Positions 55,338 through 64,000 of a stretch of 64,000 bases of DNA are shown one piece after another (the first letter of the stretch is position 1; each line of letters opens with the position of its first letter). The stretch covers positions 248,001-312,000 of the IMG/VR virus record IMGVR_UViG_3300036781_000418; one strand, given 5' to 3'. Under the pieces are notes generated by a model. It was not told the DNA's origin. It did no database searches and saw only the letters and a program-made list of their open reading frames with translations. The position numbers and the translations under genes were made by a program.

Positions 55338-56813
55338 ATGAAACCAATCGACTCCAAAGAGGACTTCTCCGCTCCTCGCATCGTCGAGATCTGGAATGAA
55401 GTGGCGATCATCGCGAAGGATGAGCTGGGCATGGAGGTTGGCAAGAACCTCTACATCAACCAGTTTGAGATCGTGACGGCCGAACAGCTGCTGGACGCGT
55501 ACGCTTCGATTGGACTGCCCGTCAACTACCACCACTGGTCGTTCGGCAAGAAGTTCATCGAAAACGAGCGCTCGTACGCTCAAGGCAAGATGGGGCTGGC
55601 GCTGGAGATGGTGATCAACTCCAACCCCTGCATCAACTACCTGTCCGAGCAGAACACCATGGTCGAGCAGGCCATGGTGATCGCCCACGCCGCGATCGGT
55701 CACAACTTCTGCTTCACCAACAACGTCTACTTCAAGGAGTGGACGTCGGCCTCGAACATCGTGGACTACATGGTCTTTGCTCGTGACTTCATCGGTCGCT
55801 GTGAGGACCAGTACGGGCGCGACGAGGTGGAGAAGGTGATCGACGCGTGCCACTCCATCGGCACCCACTCGATCGACAAGTACCACCGTCGCAACACGAC
55901 CAAGGAGAACGAGGAAGCGCGCCTCGAGAAGATCCTCAAGGAAGACGACCGTCGCCAGCGTGAGCTGGACATCGTGATGCGCAAGACGTCGCTGAACTAC
56001 ATGAAGGACGATCCGGTCGCTGACACCGCCGAGGTGGACCAAGAGGAGAACATCCTCTACTTCATCATGAAGAAGGCGCCCAACACGCCGCAGTGGAAGC
56101 GCGAGATCATGCGCATCTGCTACAAGGTGGAGTCCTACTTCCAGCATCAAGGCCTGACCAAGGTATTGAACGAGGGCATCGCCACCTTCGTCCACTACTA
56201 CATCATGGAGCGGCTCGAGGCCAAGGGCTGCATCACGTCGGACGCGTACATCAAGTTCCTTGATCTGCACGCCTCGGTGATTCGTCAGCCACACTACAAG
56301 CAACGTGGCGGCACACGTTTCAACCCCTACAAGCTCGGCTTCGAGATCCTCATGGACCTCAAGCGCATCTGCACCGAGCCGACGGAGGAAGACAAGCGCT
56401 GGTTCCCCAACATCATCGGCCGCCCATGGTGCGAGGTGGTCAAGGAGGCCGTGACGGAGTACCGTGACGACTCCTTCATCCAGCAGTTCATGTCACCGAA
56501 GCTGATGCGCGACTTCGGGCTGTTCTCCATCGAGATCGACTACGAAGAGTCGGACGACTACGCCAAGGTGCTGGAGATCCAAGACGATCAAGGGTACTCC
56601 AACCTTCGCACGCAGCTCGCCCAAAGCTACGAGCGCATCAACTACGTGCCGGAAATTGCGGTGGTCAAGGCCGACCTCGGCGGCGACCGCACCCTGCACC
56701 TGCGCTACAAGCAGTTCAACGAGCGCACAGTGGACGTGGACGACGCACGTGACGTGATTCGCCACCTGAAGTTCCTCTGGGGCTACCCAGTCTCGTTTGA
56801 AATCCCTGATTGA
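55338..56813 (+). CDS. spoVR: SpoVR/YcgB family protein
   Basis: GLPVNYHHWSFGK; MVINSNPC; NEGIATF; FNPYKLG. Confidence 0.92.
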   Translation: MKPIDSKEDFSAPRIVEIWNEVAIIAKDELGMEVGKNLYINQFEIVTAEQLLDAYASIGLPVNYHHWSFGKKFIENERSYAQGKMGLALEMVINSNPCINYLSEQNTMVEQAMVIAHAAIGHNFCFTNNVYFKEWTSASNIVDYMVFARDFIGRCEDQYGRDEVEKVIDACHSIGTHSIDKYHRRNTTKENEEARLEKILKEDDRRQRELDIVMRKTSLNYMKDDPVADTAEVDQEENILYFIMKKAPNTPQWKREIMRICYKVESYFQHQGLTKVLNEGIATFVHYYIMERLEAKGCITSDAYIKFLDLHASVIRQPHYKQRGGTRFNPYKLGFEILMDLKRICTEPTEEDKRWFPNIIGRPWCEVVKEAVTEYRDDSFIQQFMSPKLMRDFGLFSIEIDYEESDDYAKVLEIQDDQGYSNLRTQLAQSYERINYVPEIAVVKADLGGDRTLHLRYKQFNERTVDVDDARDVIRHLKFLWGYPVSFEIPD

Positions 56814-56823
56814 AAGGACCACC

Positions 56824-57006
56824 ATGATCACCGCTGAACAAGAAACCAAGTTGCGCGCCTTGCTGAAGCGCAACCTCCTCGACGAGGAGCAGCTGGCCGA
56901 TGAGGAACCATGGGGGCAGGACGGCTCGATGAACTGCTTCGACAACGGGAAACCGTTTGGCGCCCACGACCTGGCTGAAGAGATCTTCGAGATCATCGGC
57001 CAGTAG
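56824..57006 (+). CDS. Small acidic protein
   Basis: AGGA RBS. Confidence 0.6.
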   Translation: MITAEQETKLRALLKRNLLDEEQLADEEPWGQDGSMNCFDNGKPFGAHDLAEEIFEIIGQ

Positions 57007-57090
57007 TTTTCAGCATTGTCGCACAAGGGACCTTTGGGTCCCTTTCCGGTCTCCGGCTGTAAATACCAACACAGCTAGCTACAACCTGAC

Positions 57091-57978
57091 ATGCGGTCAT
57101 TCAAACAGTTTCTCCTCCAAGAAGGCGGTAAGGCCATGGAGGAACACGGCGTAGACCGTGCTACCAAGGCGGACATCGAGTCCGTACTTGATCAACTCGC
57201 CTCCGCGCTCTCCATGTCGAAGGACGACCTAGCCAAGCAGCTGCTTGGCTCGACGACCTTGACGCTGAAGGGCAAGAAGGAAGACTCAGGTGACGTCGAC
57301 GTCGGCCTGTTGAAGGACACCCGTGACGAGGCGGTCGCTGCCGTCGAGCAGCACGTTGGAGTTCAAGGCAAGAAGATCGGCGCCAACATCGTCTCGTTCC
57401 CATTTACGGTCGGTGACAAGAAAGTCCAAGTCGACCTGGTGTTCGTGCCTGACCTACGCTGGGCACGCTTCTCGCACTTCGCCTCGGCCAACTCACAACA
57501 CAAGTCCGGTGTTCGCAACGAACTGATCCACTCCGCCCTCAAGTTCTCCCACGTACCTGGTGAGGACGTCGTGCACGTGGACAAGGACGGCAACCTGGTG
57601 GTGCGTGCGTCACGTTCCTACAACCTTGAGGACGGTGTCAAGCGAATCTTCAAGGTCGCCCCGAAGCGCAAGGACGGCCAAGGTCGGGTGAAGTCCACGG
57701 TCCACACCACGCCCGAAGAAGTTCGTCGCACCCTTGACGACATCGGCGTCTCCACGAAGTTCTCCGACAAGGAGGACCTGATCCTTGACCCTAACCAGCT
57801 CGGTGAGCTTCTGTTCGGTCAAGGCGTCGGTGGGAACGACATGCTCTCCACTGAGCAGCTCATCAAGCTGATCAAGGACAAGAAGGGCGACCGTGCCGAG
57901 GCTATCCTCAAGGACGCGGTGCAGGGGATCAAGGCCCGTAAGTTCGACGTCCCCGACGAGCTCAAGCAGTACGAGTAG
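57091..57978 (+). CDS. Pol-beta-type nucleotidyltransferase-like late protein
   Basis: LLGST..SGDVDV..VQVDLVF; MRSFKQFLLQE N-terminus; TAAATA 57060. Confidence 0.7.
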   Translation: MRSFKQFLLQEGGKAMEEHGVDRATKADIESVLDQLASALSMSKDDLAKQLLGSTTLTLKGKKEDSGDVDVGLLKDTRDEAVAAVEQHVGVQGKKIGANIVSFPFTVGDKKVQVDLVFVPDLRWARFSHFASANSQHKSGVRNELIHSALKFSHVPGEDVVHVDKDGNLVVRASRSYNLEDGVKRIFKVAPKRKDGQGRVKSTVHTTPEEVRRTLDDIGVSTKFSDKEDLILDPNQLGELLFGQGVGGNDMLSTEQLIKLIKDKKGDRAEAILKDAVQGIKARKFDVPDELKQYE

Positions 57979-58110
57979 AGGCATTAGCTGACAGATAGTG
58001 CGGGTTCACCGTACGGCGACACGAAATGAACAGAGGGACCCTAGGGTCCCTCTTCTGTTGTGCTCTATGTCGAAGTTAGCCGGGATGAACCGGCGTCGCC
58101 TCGTGTCGCC
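57975..58110 (+). repeat. 136-bp palindromic intergenic element, copy B
   Basis: Gap-free alignment with reverse complement of 30080..30215. Confidence 0.85.
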
Positions 58111-58112
58111 GA

Positions 58113-60314
58113 TCAACGATCCTTCAGCGCCTCAACGTCAGCCTTCAGCTGTTCGATCATGGCCTGCTGTTCGTTCATTCCGGCAACCAACAGTGAAACC
58201 AGCTTCTCGTAACGGACCGTCAGGTAGTCGTTGTTGAACGGCGCTGGCGCCACGGCGTCCGGCATAACTTGCATAACGTCCTGCGCGATGAGACCGTGTT
58301 CGTGCTCGTTCGCTGGCATGTAGCCAAGCTCGTTGCAGAGGTCCATCTTCCAGTCGTAGGTCACACCACGAATTGCCTTCACCTTGTCCACGGCGTTCGT
58401 GATCACCTGCACGTTGTCCTTCAAACGGATGTCGGAGGCGGAGGCGGTGATGTTGCCCGTGGCGGTGATGTTGCCCGTGAAGGCGTGCGTCGTGCCGCCA
58501 TTCAAGGCCACGTAGTTCATGGCCGTCGTGCCGGAACCGAGACCGATGTAACCCAGCTGCGTACCGCCTGAAGTCAGGAACTGCACCACACCCGTGTTGG
58601 AGCCGTTGTTCGTGATGAAAACGGAGCCAATGCCAGCGTAACCAACCATCACCGAGCCGTCGACGTTGATCTGCGATTGGTTGTGCAGGATACCCGTCAT
58701 CGTGTCGCCAGCCTTGGCGACATAGGTGCCGCTGATCGAGGCGTTCGTCACGTACCCAGCGTCGTTCGACAGCTGTGAGACGCTGGTAAGGTTCTGGTTG
58801 TTCCAGATGGTGGACCAAGCGGACCAGCTAGTTTGATCACTGGTATCGTCGTTCACTCGGAAGTAAAGGCCTGACGGCGCGCCTTCCTCCGCGTTCCAGT
58901 TGGCCGTGAGCTGCATGGAACGCACGCCACCTGGACCAATGGCTTGAATACCAACGTGGTACGGTGTTGGAAAGTCAGTAGCCGCCAACGCATCGAAGCC
59001 GGCAATTGACAGTGATGGGAAAGTCAGTGGGCCTGGGGAAACGCCTGAGCCGAAGCTGTAGTACAGGACTGGAGCACCCGTCACGTTGGCGTAGGCGACC
59101 GACGAGGCCGTCGCGGCGTTGCCAGTAATGTTGATACCCCACGTGCCTGAAGCGCCACCACCCGTCAACGATGGCGAGTAAGACGTGTAGTTGCCGTCGG
59201 TGAGGAGGGTGCGCCAGCCGTTCCATGCATGTGCGTCGCCGTCACGTGTACGAATCTTGATGTCGTTACCACCAAGACCATAGGCTGCCACGAGCTGAGC
59301 CGTGTACTCGAAGGTCGTGCCGCTGAGACCGCCGAAGGTGATGAACGGTCCAGTTGGTTCACCAGTGCCACCGTACGTAAAGCCAGTTTCCAGCTTCGTG
59401 ATGGACGTGTTCATGGACGTGCCGTCAGCTGAACTGATACGAGCACGACGTTGCAAGATGGCCTTGTCTTCCGTGACACCACCCAACTGCGCCGAGTTCG
59501 TGGCGTTTGTGGCCGAGTTCGCGGTGTTGGCGTTCGTGGCGAAGCCGACCGACAGTGCGGACTGCAGTGCCCAGTACGGTGCCGCGTTGTTGCCAGACAG
59601 GAAGACCATGTCCGCGCTAGACGCGGCGGCTGCGAAGCCAAACGAGGAACCGGTGTCGGCGTACAAGACCCCACCTGAGACCACCGTCGAACGACCAGTG
59701 CCGCCGTGTGAGACTGGCAGGACGCCGGCCGTGATGTTGCCGGCGTTTAGGTAGTACGTGCTGTCCTGGCCGTCGAGCAAGTCAGCGTCAAGACCAGAGC
59801 CAGCGCCGTCGTTGTTCGCGTGCCAGACTTGTACGCCGTTGTACTTCAGACCGGCGTTTCCAAGCGTGCCGTCGATAGTCAAGGCGACGGCGTTGAGGGT
59901 GCCGCCGTTGCCGCCCCACGAATCACCAAAGCCGATTTGAACTGCACCACCACCCGCCTGAATGATGGACGGACGGTTGGTGCCGGTCGAATCCTGGTTA
60001 CCGATGACGATGCGCTGCGGTCCAGACGTTTGGGTGATGCGCAGGTAGCCTGGCAACTCCAGCTGACCGGTCATCACGTCGCCGATCTTCTTCACGAACT
60101 GGCTAGGGTCGCCACCGACTTGCAGCCAGCCTTGGGTCAGCTGCGGTGAACCCGCACCGAAACCACCCGTGTAGCCGTAAAGGTAGACACCGGTGGTACC
60201 CAGCCCGTCGGCGTTGTTGGTCTTGTAGAAGGCCAGGCCGTCCGGGATATCGTTTGTGGATGGCAGCGTCGGACCGTATGGGAGCTGCGCGCCGCCGTTA
60301 AGCGTCTTTGACAT
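58113..60314 (-). CDS. Tail fibre with C-terminal S74 chaperone
   Basis: ASDIRLKDNV..GLIAQDV..RYEKLV; late promoter 60347-60352. Confidence 0.88.
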   Translation of the reverse strand: MSKTLNGGAQLPYGPTLPSTNDIPDGLAFYKTNNADGLGTTGVYLYGYTGGFGAGSPQLTQGWLQVGGDPSQFVKKIGDVMTGQLELPGYLRITQTSGPQRIVIGNQDSTGTNRPSIIQAGGGAVQIGFGDSWGGNGGTLNAVALTIDGTLGNAGLKYNGVQVWHANNDGAGSGLDADLLDGQDSTYYLNAGNITAGVLPVSHGGTGRSTVVSGGVLYADTGSSFGFAAAASSADMVFLSGNNAAPYWALQSALSVGFATNANTANSATNATNSAQLGGVTEDKAILQRRARISSADGTSMNTSITKLETGFTYGGTGEPTGPFITFGGLSGTTFEYTAQLVAAYGLGGNDIKIRTRDGDAHAWNGWRTLLTDGNYTSYSPSLTGGGASGTWGINITGNAATASSVAYANVTGAPVLYYSFGSGVSPGPLTFPSLSIAGFDALAATDFPTPYHVGIQAIGPGGVRSMQLTANWNAEEGAPSGLYFRVNDDTSDQTSWSAWSTIWNNQNLTSVSQLSNDAGYVTNASISGTYVAKAGDTMTGILHNQSQINVDGSVMVGYAGIGSVFITNNGSNTGVVQFLTSGGTQLGYIGLGSGTTAMNYVALNGGTTHAFTGNITATGNITASASDIRLKDNVQVITNAVDKVKAIRGVTYDWKMDLCNELGYMPANEHEHGLIAQDVMQVMPDAVAPAPFNNDYLTVRYEKLVSLLVAGMNEQQAMIEQLKADVEALKDR

Positions 60315-60451
60315 GCGTTTTCCTACTTGTAGGTAGATAGATCGGCTATTTAGCTTCCGGCGTCCCAAGTTCATGATCTTGCAGTCCAATCGATGGGTTG
60401 AGGTCGTCGCCCAAAAATCTACAATCATCTGTACACGTTTATGGAGACCTA

Positions 60452-61453
60452 ATGTCAACCGGCTACCTCAATCAAGACTTCAAGCAGTGTCTCATCGACC
60501 TCAACACGCATGGCATCGTCAGCGCCCCACGTGGATCCGAGACGAAGGAGCTGCTGAACTACAACATCACCCTGCGCGATCCACGCAACCGCCTGATCAC
60601 GATGCGCGATCGCAACACCAAGCTGCCCTACCTGCTGGGCGAGTTCATCTGGTACCTCGGTGGCTCGAATGAACCGACCGACATCCTGGCGTACTCGAAG
60701 TTCTGGGGACAGCTCACCAACGTCGGTGGACCTGAAGGTTACGCGGACGGCACGATCAACTCCAACTATGGCTACCGCTTCTTCGGCCACGACAAGAACG
60801 CGGCGGTCGACCGCGGCTACGACGAGAAGACGTCGCAGTGGTACACGGTGGTCGACATCCTGTCCAAGGACAAGGACTCCCGTCAGGCCATCATGAACGT
60901 GCACTTGCCCGCTGACCGCTGGGCTGGCAACAAGGACGTGCCGTGCACCCTGTCCCTGCAGTTCTTCATTCGTGACAACGCCCTGCACATGATCGTGAAC
61001 ATGCGGTCGAACGACGTCATCTTGGGCTTCACCAACGACGTCTTCCAGTTCACCATGCTGCAGGAAGCGATGCTGCTCCAGCTCCAGCGCTTCTACCCGG
61101 ACATTGAACTCGGCTTCTACTACCACAACGCCGGCTCGATGCACATCTACGACCGTCACTACGCCATGATGGACAAGATCATGGCCGACGAGACCGTGAT
61201 CGACGTGTCCATGGTTCCGATGGACAAGTTCAACGACCAGATCATTCTGGGTCTGTACACGGTTGAGCAGGTCTGGCGTCAAGCTGGCATGAATCCCGAC
61301 TTCGATCCGGCTACCGTCGGTGCTTGGGCCCTCCTGACGCCGTACTGGCAGAACCTCTTCCGCATGTGTTTCCTTGAAGACGCCGAGGCCTTCAGCTACA
61401 TCTTCGGTGACACCCATGACGATCACGTTCACGGTGAGCACTGTGAGCACTGA
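60452..61453 (+). CDS. thyA: Thymidylate synthase (ThyA type)
   Basis: DSRQAI; DVPCTLSLQF; MRSNDVILGFTND; HNAGSMHIY. Confidence 0.9.
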   Translation: MSTGYLNQDFKQCLIDLNTHGIVSAPRGSETKELLNYNITLRDPRNRLITMRDRNTKLPYLLGEFIWYLGGSNEPTDILAYSKFWGQLTNVGGPEGYADGTINSNYGYRFFGHDKNAAVDRGYDEKTSQWYTVVDILSKDKDSRQAIMNVHLPADRWAGNKDVPCTLSLQFFIRDNALHMIVNMRSNDVILGFTNDVFQFTMLQEAMLLQLQRFYPDIELGFYYHNAGSMHIYDRHYAMMDKIMADETVIDVSMVPMDKFNDQIILGLYTVEQVWRQAGMNPDFDPATVGAWALLTPYWQNLFRMCFLEDAEAFSYIFGDTHDDHVHGEHCEH

Positions 61454-61649
61454 ACGCTACCCAGTCGGCACGCTGCTGCGATTTTTAGAGAACAGCAGCG
61501 TGCCTGAAGATCCAATCTACGGGTACGTCGTGGAGAACTACAAGTTGCCAGGCGACGTCTGCGTCTGTTGGGAGACCAACATGATGTCGTCCTACGACGA
61601 AGAGTGGCTCGACGGACACACGGTCATCAACACAACTGGTAAACGCTAA
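61443..61649 (+). CDS. Small hypothetical protein
   Basis: GTG start overlapping thyA end. Confidence 0.55.
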   Translation: MSTERYPVGTLLRFLENSSVPEDPIYGYVVENYKLPGDVCVCWETNMMSSYDEEWLDGHTVINTTGKR

Positions 61650-61651
61650 CC

Positions 61652-61894
61652 ATGTTCGCATACGCAATCCTCGCAATCCTCGTGCTGATGGGCACGACCT
61701 TCGGTACTCGGTACCTCAACTTCTCGTCTGACCACACCATCGGCGCGATGGTGCTGTCAGCCGGTTTGGCGGTTGGCCTGCTCATCATGGGTGGTGTCGC
61801 CCATGTAGATGAAATTGCCCATGACAGGGTCATCGCCGCCGCACAGTGCGCGACTGGTCCGGTTCCGACACCCGCACCACCAGCGTCCAAGTGA
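61652..61894 (+). CDS. Small membrane protein
   Basis: Two TM segments. Confidence 0.6.
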   Translation: MFAYAILAILVLMGTTFGTRYLNFSSDHTIGAMVLSAGLAVGLLIMGGVAHVDEIAHDRVIAAAQCATGPVPTPAPPASK

Positions 61895-62085
61895 AGCACA
61901 ACCTCGGCGCGCAACCAAGGTCAGTGACCGTCAAGGCGCTGCTGACCTCGTTGATTGAACGACGTGAACCCCAAGAGGTGATCGTCGTTCACCACTACAT
62001 CGATAAGATGGACGTTCTTCAGCTGGAGGTCGAGCGTCGATCAACGACGTTGGGCGTTCACTTTGAAAGGGTTTTCATCAGATGA
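61891..62085 (+). CDS. Small hypothetical protein
   Basis: GTGA-coupled. Confidence 0.5.
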   Translation: MKHNLGAQPRSVTVKALLTSLIERREPQEVIVVHHYIDKMDVLQLEVERRSTTLGVHFERVFIR

Positions 62086-62663
62086 AATATGGAATCCAAA
62101 TTCGGTTTCACGATGGACAAATCGAATACCTGTACAGCAGCCGCTATTTGGGGTTGACGAAGGACATCACCGAGACCGCGCTCTACAACCAAGAGCAGAG
62201 CGCGATCGACGCGGTCAAGCTACTGCGCAAGGACGGGCATGAGCCAGATGATGGGGAGTTTGAAGTCATCGGCGTAGAGTACGCCGTGCAGAAGACCGTC
62301 ACGGTTAAGCAGCCTCCACGGAAGACGGGCTACGCAATCATCACCTCATCGGTTGAAAAGCCCGACATTGACGTCTTCTTCAACGGTACCAAGCGACCTG
62401 GCATTCACGACAACCGACTCCACCAGTTCTTCGGAACCATTCATCGCGCCACCACGTTCGAGACTGAGGCCTTGGCTGAGGCGCGTGTTCAGGTGATCAT
62501 CGCCGCCGCCGACTTCGCGTTGAACGAGGCTGGTAAACCAGCTTACGACTACGGCGGTTTCCGAAACACCGCGGAAGAACGTGAGCGCTCACGACAAGCG
62601 TGCATCGCCTACGCCCAACGACTTCGAGACGACTTGAACGCAATCCACGTAGAAAAGCTCTAA
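62082..62663 (+). CDS. Hypothetical protein
   Basis: ATGA-coupled ORF. Confidence 0.7.
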   Translation: MKYGIQIRFHDGQIEYLYSSRYLGLTKDITETALYNQEQSAIDAVKLLRKDGHEPDDGEFEVIGVEYAVQKTVTVKQPPRKTGYAIITSSVEKPDIDVFFNGTKRPGIHDNRLHQFFGTIHRATTFETEALAEARVQVIIAAADFALNEAGKPAYDYGGFRNTAEERERSRQACIAYAQRLRDDLNAIHVEKL

Positions 62664-64000
62664 TGAAATACGAATCGCAGATCCTCGAGGCCTATACGTA
62701 CCTCGGCTTCGCACCACGGCCAGGTCAGGTTGAGAACATCAACCTGATCCTCACGACCTTCCTTGACGACGGTATCAAGACGATCACACTGTCCGCGCCA
62801 ACCGGCACGGGCAAGTCACTGATCGGGGCGGTGACCGCCGAGGTACTTCACCGCATCAAGCACCCAGACGTTGAAGCGGGCGCGAGCTTTCTGCTGTCGC
62901 CGACGAACCTGCTGTCCGAGCAGTACCACACCACCTTCCAACAGGGGCGTGATCCAATGGACACTCGGTTCAGGATGTTAAAGGGCGCGAACAACTACGA
63001 GTGTTCAGCCCTGTCCACGGATGAGGAACAGCAGAACGCCGAGGTCTGCGCCAACATCATGTTCAAGAAGCAGGGCATGGAGCCGATCATCCAAGAGCAC
63101 TGCAACAAGTGCCTCTTCATGTTCCACAAGAGCATGCGTGACCGCGCCCGCCACCTGATCACGAACTACTCCATGTTCTTCGTTGATCGGATGTACACGA
63201 AGCGGATGGCCCCGCGCACCTTGACCGTCTTTGACGAGGCCCACCTCATCAACGACCTGTTCACCGAGCACAACGCCATCTACTTCTCAGACTCACGCCT
63301 CGTGAAGATGCAGAAGGAAGTGTCGGAAGGCCTGACTCTTGGCCACACCTCGATCTTCAAGGACCTGAAGCAGATTCGACTGGACATGCTGGATGGCAAG
63401 ATCAACGAAGGCACGTACATCCAGTACCTGACTCAGCTTGCGGAAATCTACGCCGACGTGTCGGAGCAGGCGGCCGCCGAGATGGAGCGTACCATCCGCT
63501 CACCGAAGCGCTACATGCAGCTGTCCGACCTGCAGCGGAAGTACTTCGGCCTGGGCTGTAAGATCGGCGACCTGCTGCTCTACCAGTACCCACACGCTTT
63601 CGAGCACAAGGTCCGTGATCCGAAGTTCAAGGGCAGTGAGGACGAGGTCTCCGTGAAGCCGATCTTCGTCGGCGACATGTTCAAGATCCTTGACTACTCG
63701 GAGCACAACCTCTTGATGTCGGCGACGTTCTCCAAGACGTACGCCACCCGCACCCTGACGTTGGGCGACTCGCACCGCCACATTCGCCTTGAACCCACGT
63801 TCCCACGTGAGAACAAGAAGGTCCTGTTCTTCAAGACGCAGACCTTGAACTACAACACGATGCAGCAGCCTGAGACCTTGAAGAAGCTCCAAGCTTCGGC
63901 CTACGAGATCGTCAAGCACCACACCGACCTTGGTGAACGCGGCATCCTGCTGGCACCGTCGTTCATCGTGGCCAACGGGGTGGCTGAAGCGCTCCGTGGC
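62663..64000 (+). CDS. DinG/Rad3-like helicase, 3'-truncated by window edge
   Basis: PRPGQ Q-motif; SAPTGTGKS; VFDEAH; MSAT; Cys spacing compatible with FeS cluster. Confidence 0.85.
   Translation, partial: MKYESQILEAYTYLGFAPRPGQVENINLILTTFLDDGIKTITLSAPTGTGKSLIGAVTAEVLHRIKHPDVEAGASFLLSPTNLLSEQYHTTFQQGRDPMDTRFRMLKGANNYECSALSTDEEQQNAEVCANIMFKKQGMEPIIQEHCNKCLFMFHKSMRDRARHLITNYSMFFVDRMYTKRMAPRTLTVFDEAHLINDLFTEHNAIYFSDSRLVKMQKEVSEGLTLGHTSIFKDLKQIRLDMLDGKINEGTYIQYLTQLAEIYADVSEQAAAEMERTIRSPKRYMQLSDLQRKYFGLGCKIGDLLLYQYPHAFEHKVRDPKFKGSEDEVSVKPIFVGDMFKILDYSEHNLLMSATFSKTYATRTLTLGDSHRHIRLEPTFPRENKKVLFFKTQTLNYNTMQQPETLKKLQASAYEIVKHHTDLGERGILLAPSFIVANGVAEALRG

Noticed and set aside
51910-56303. Long minus-strand ORFs (628, 371, 323 aa) opposite prkA/yeaH/spoVR
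   Set aside because: Antisense shadows expected from high GC3 codon bias; similar shadows oppose rsr and thyA.
30080-58110. Shufflon-type fibre-tip switching
   Set aside because: The inverted repeats lie outside fibre coding sequences and no invertase was found, so inversion would not swap tips.
1-64000. Genome-wide stop-codon recoding
   Set aside because: TGA, TAG and TAA all end many well-recognised genes with coupled downstream starts; only the release-factor gene shows an internal stop.
1-64000. CRISPR array, DGR or retron
   Set aside because: No regularly spaced direct repeats, no template/variable repeat pair and no reverse transcriptase seen in this window.

Overview
This is a 64-kb segment of a large, GC-rich lytic dsDNA (jumbo-type) phage genome with T4-like late promoters (TAAATA). 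It contains: (1) an array of 20 tRNA genes plus tRNA-like remnants at 5.6-11.9 kb, and one further tRNA-Arg at 37.9 kb; (2) a translation/RNA-rescue gene set (Pth2, an RF1-type release factor interrupted by an in-frame UGA, HNH-RNA ligase, YqeY, Ro60 with candidate Y RNA, HD hydrolase, NUDIX); (3) nucleotide metabolism and DNA enzymes (DHFR, thymidylate synthase, DEDDh exonuclease, DinG-like helicase); (4) a PrkA/YeaG-YeaH-SpoVR operon; (5) four fibre-like genes and a TAXI plus tandem holin-T-like cluster; (6) about 14 late genes sharing a T4-internal-protein-like N-terminal motif. The most striking observation is a candidate attenuator heading the tRNA array: a 43-codon leader ORF whose first 32 codons use exactly the 13 amino acids served by the array (plus one Ser), overlapping an antiterminator that competes with a terminator hairpin. 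Other highlights are two D-arm-shortened tRNA-Arg genes with covarying stems, a 136-bp palindromic element present twice in inverted orientation, and two unexplained structured non-coding regions. All protein-family calls come from motif recognition by eye; no database searches were run.
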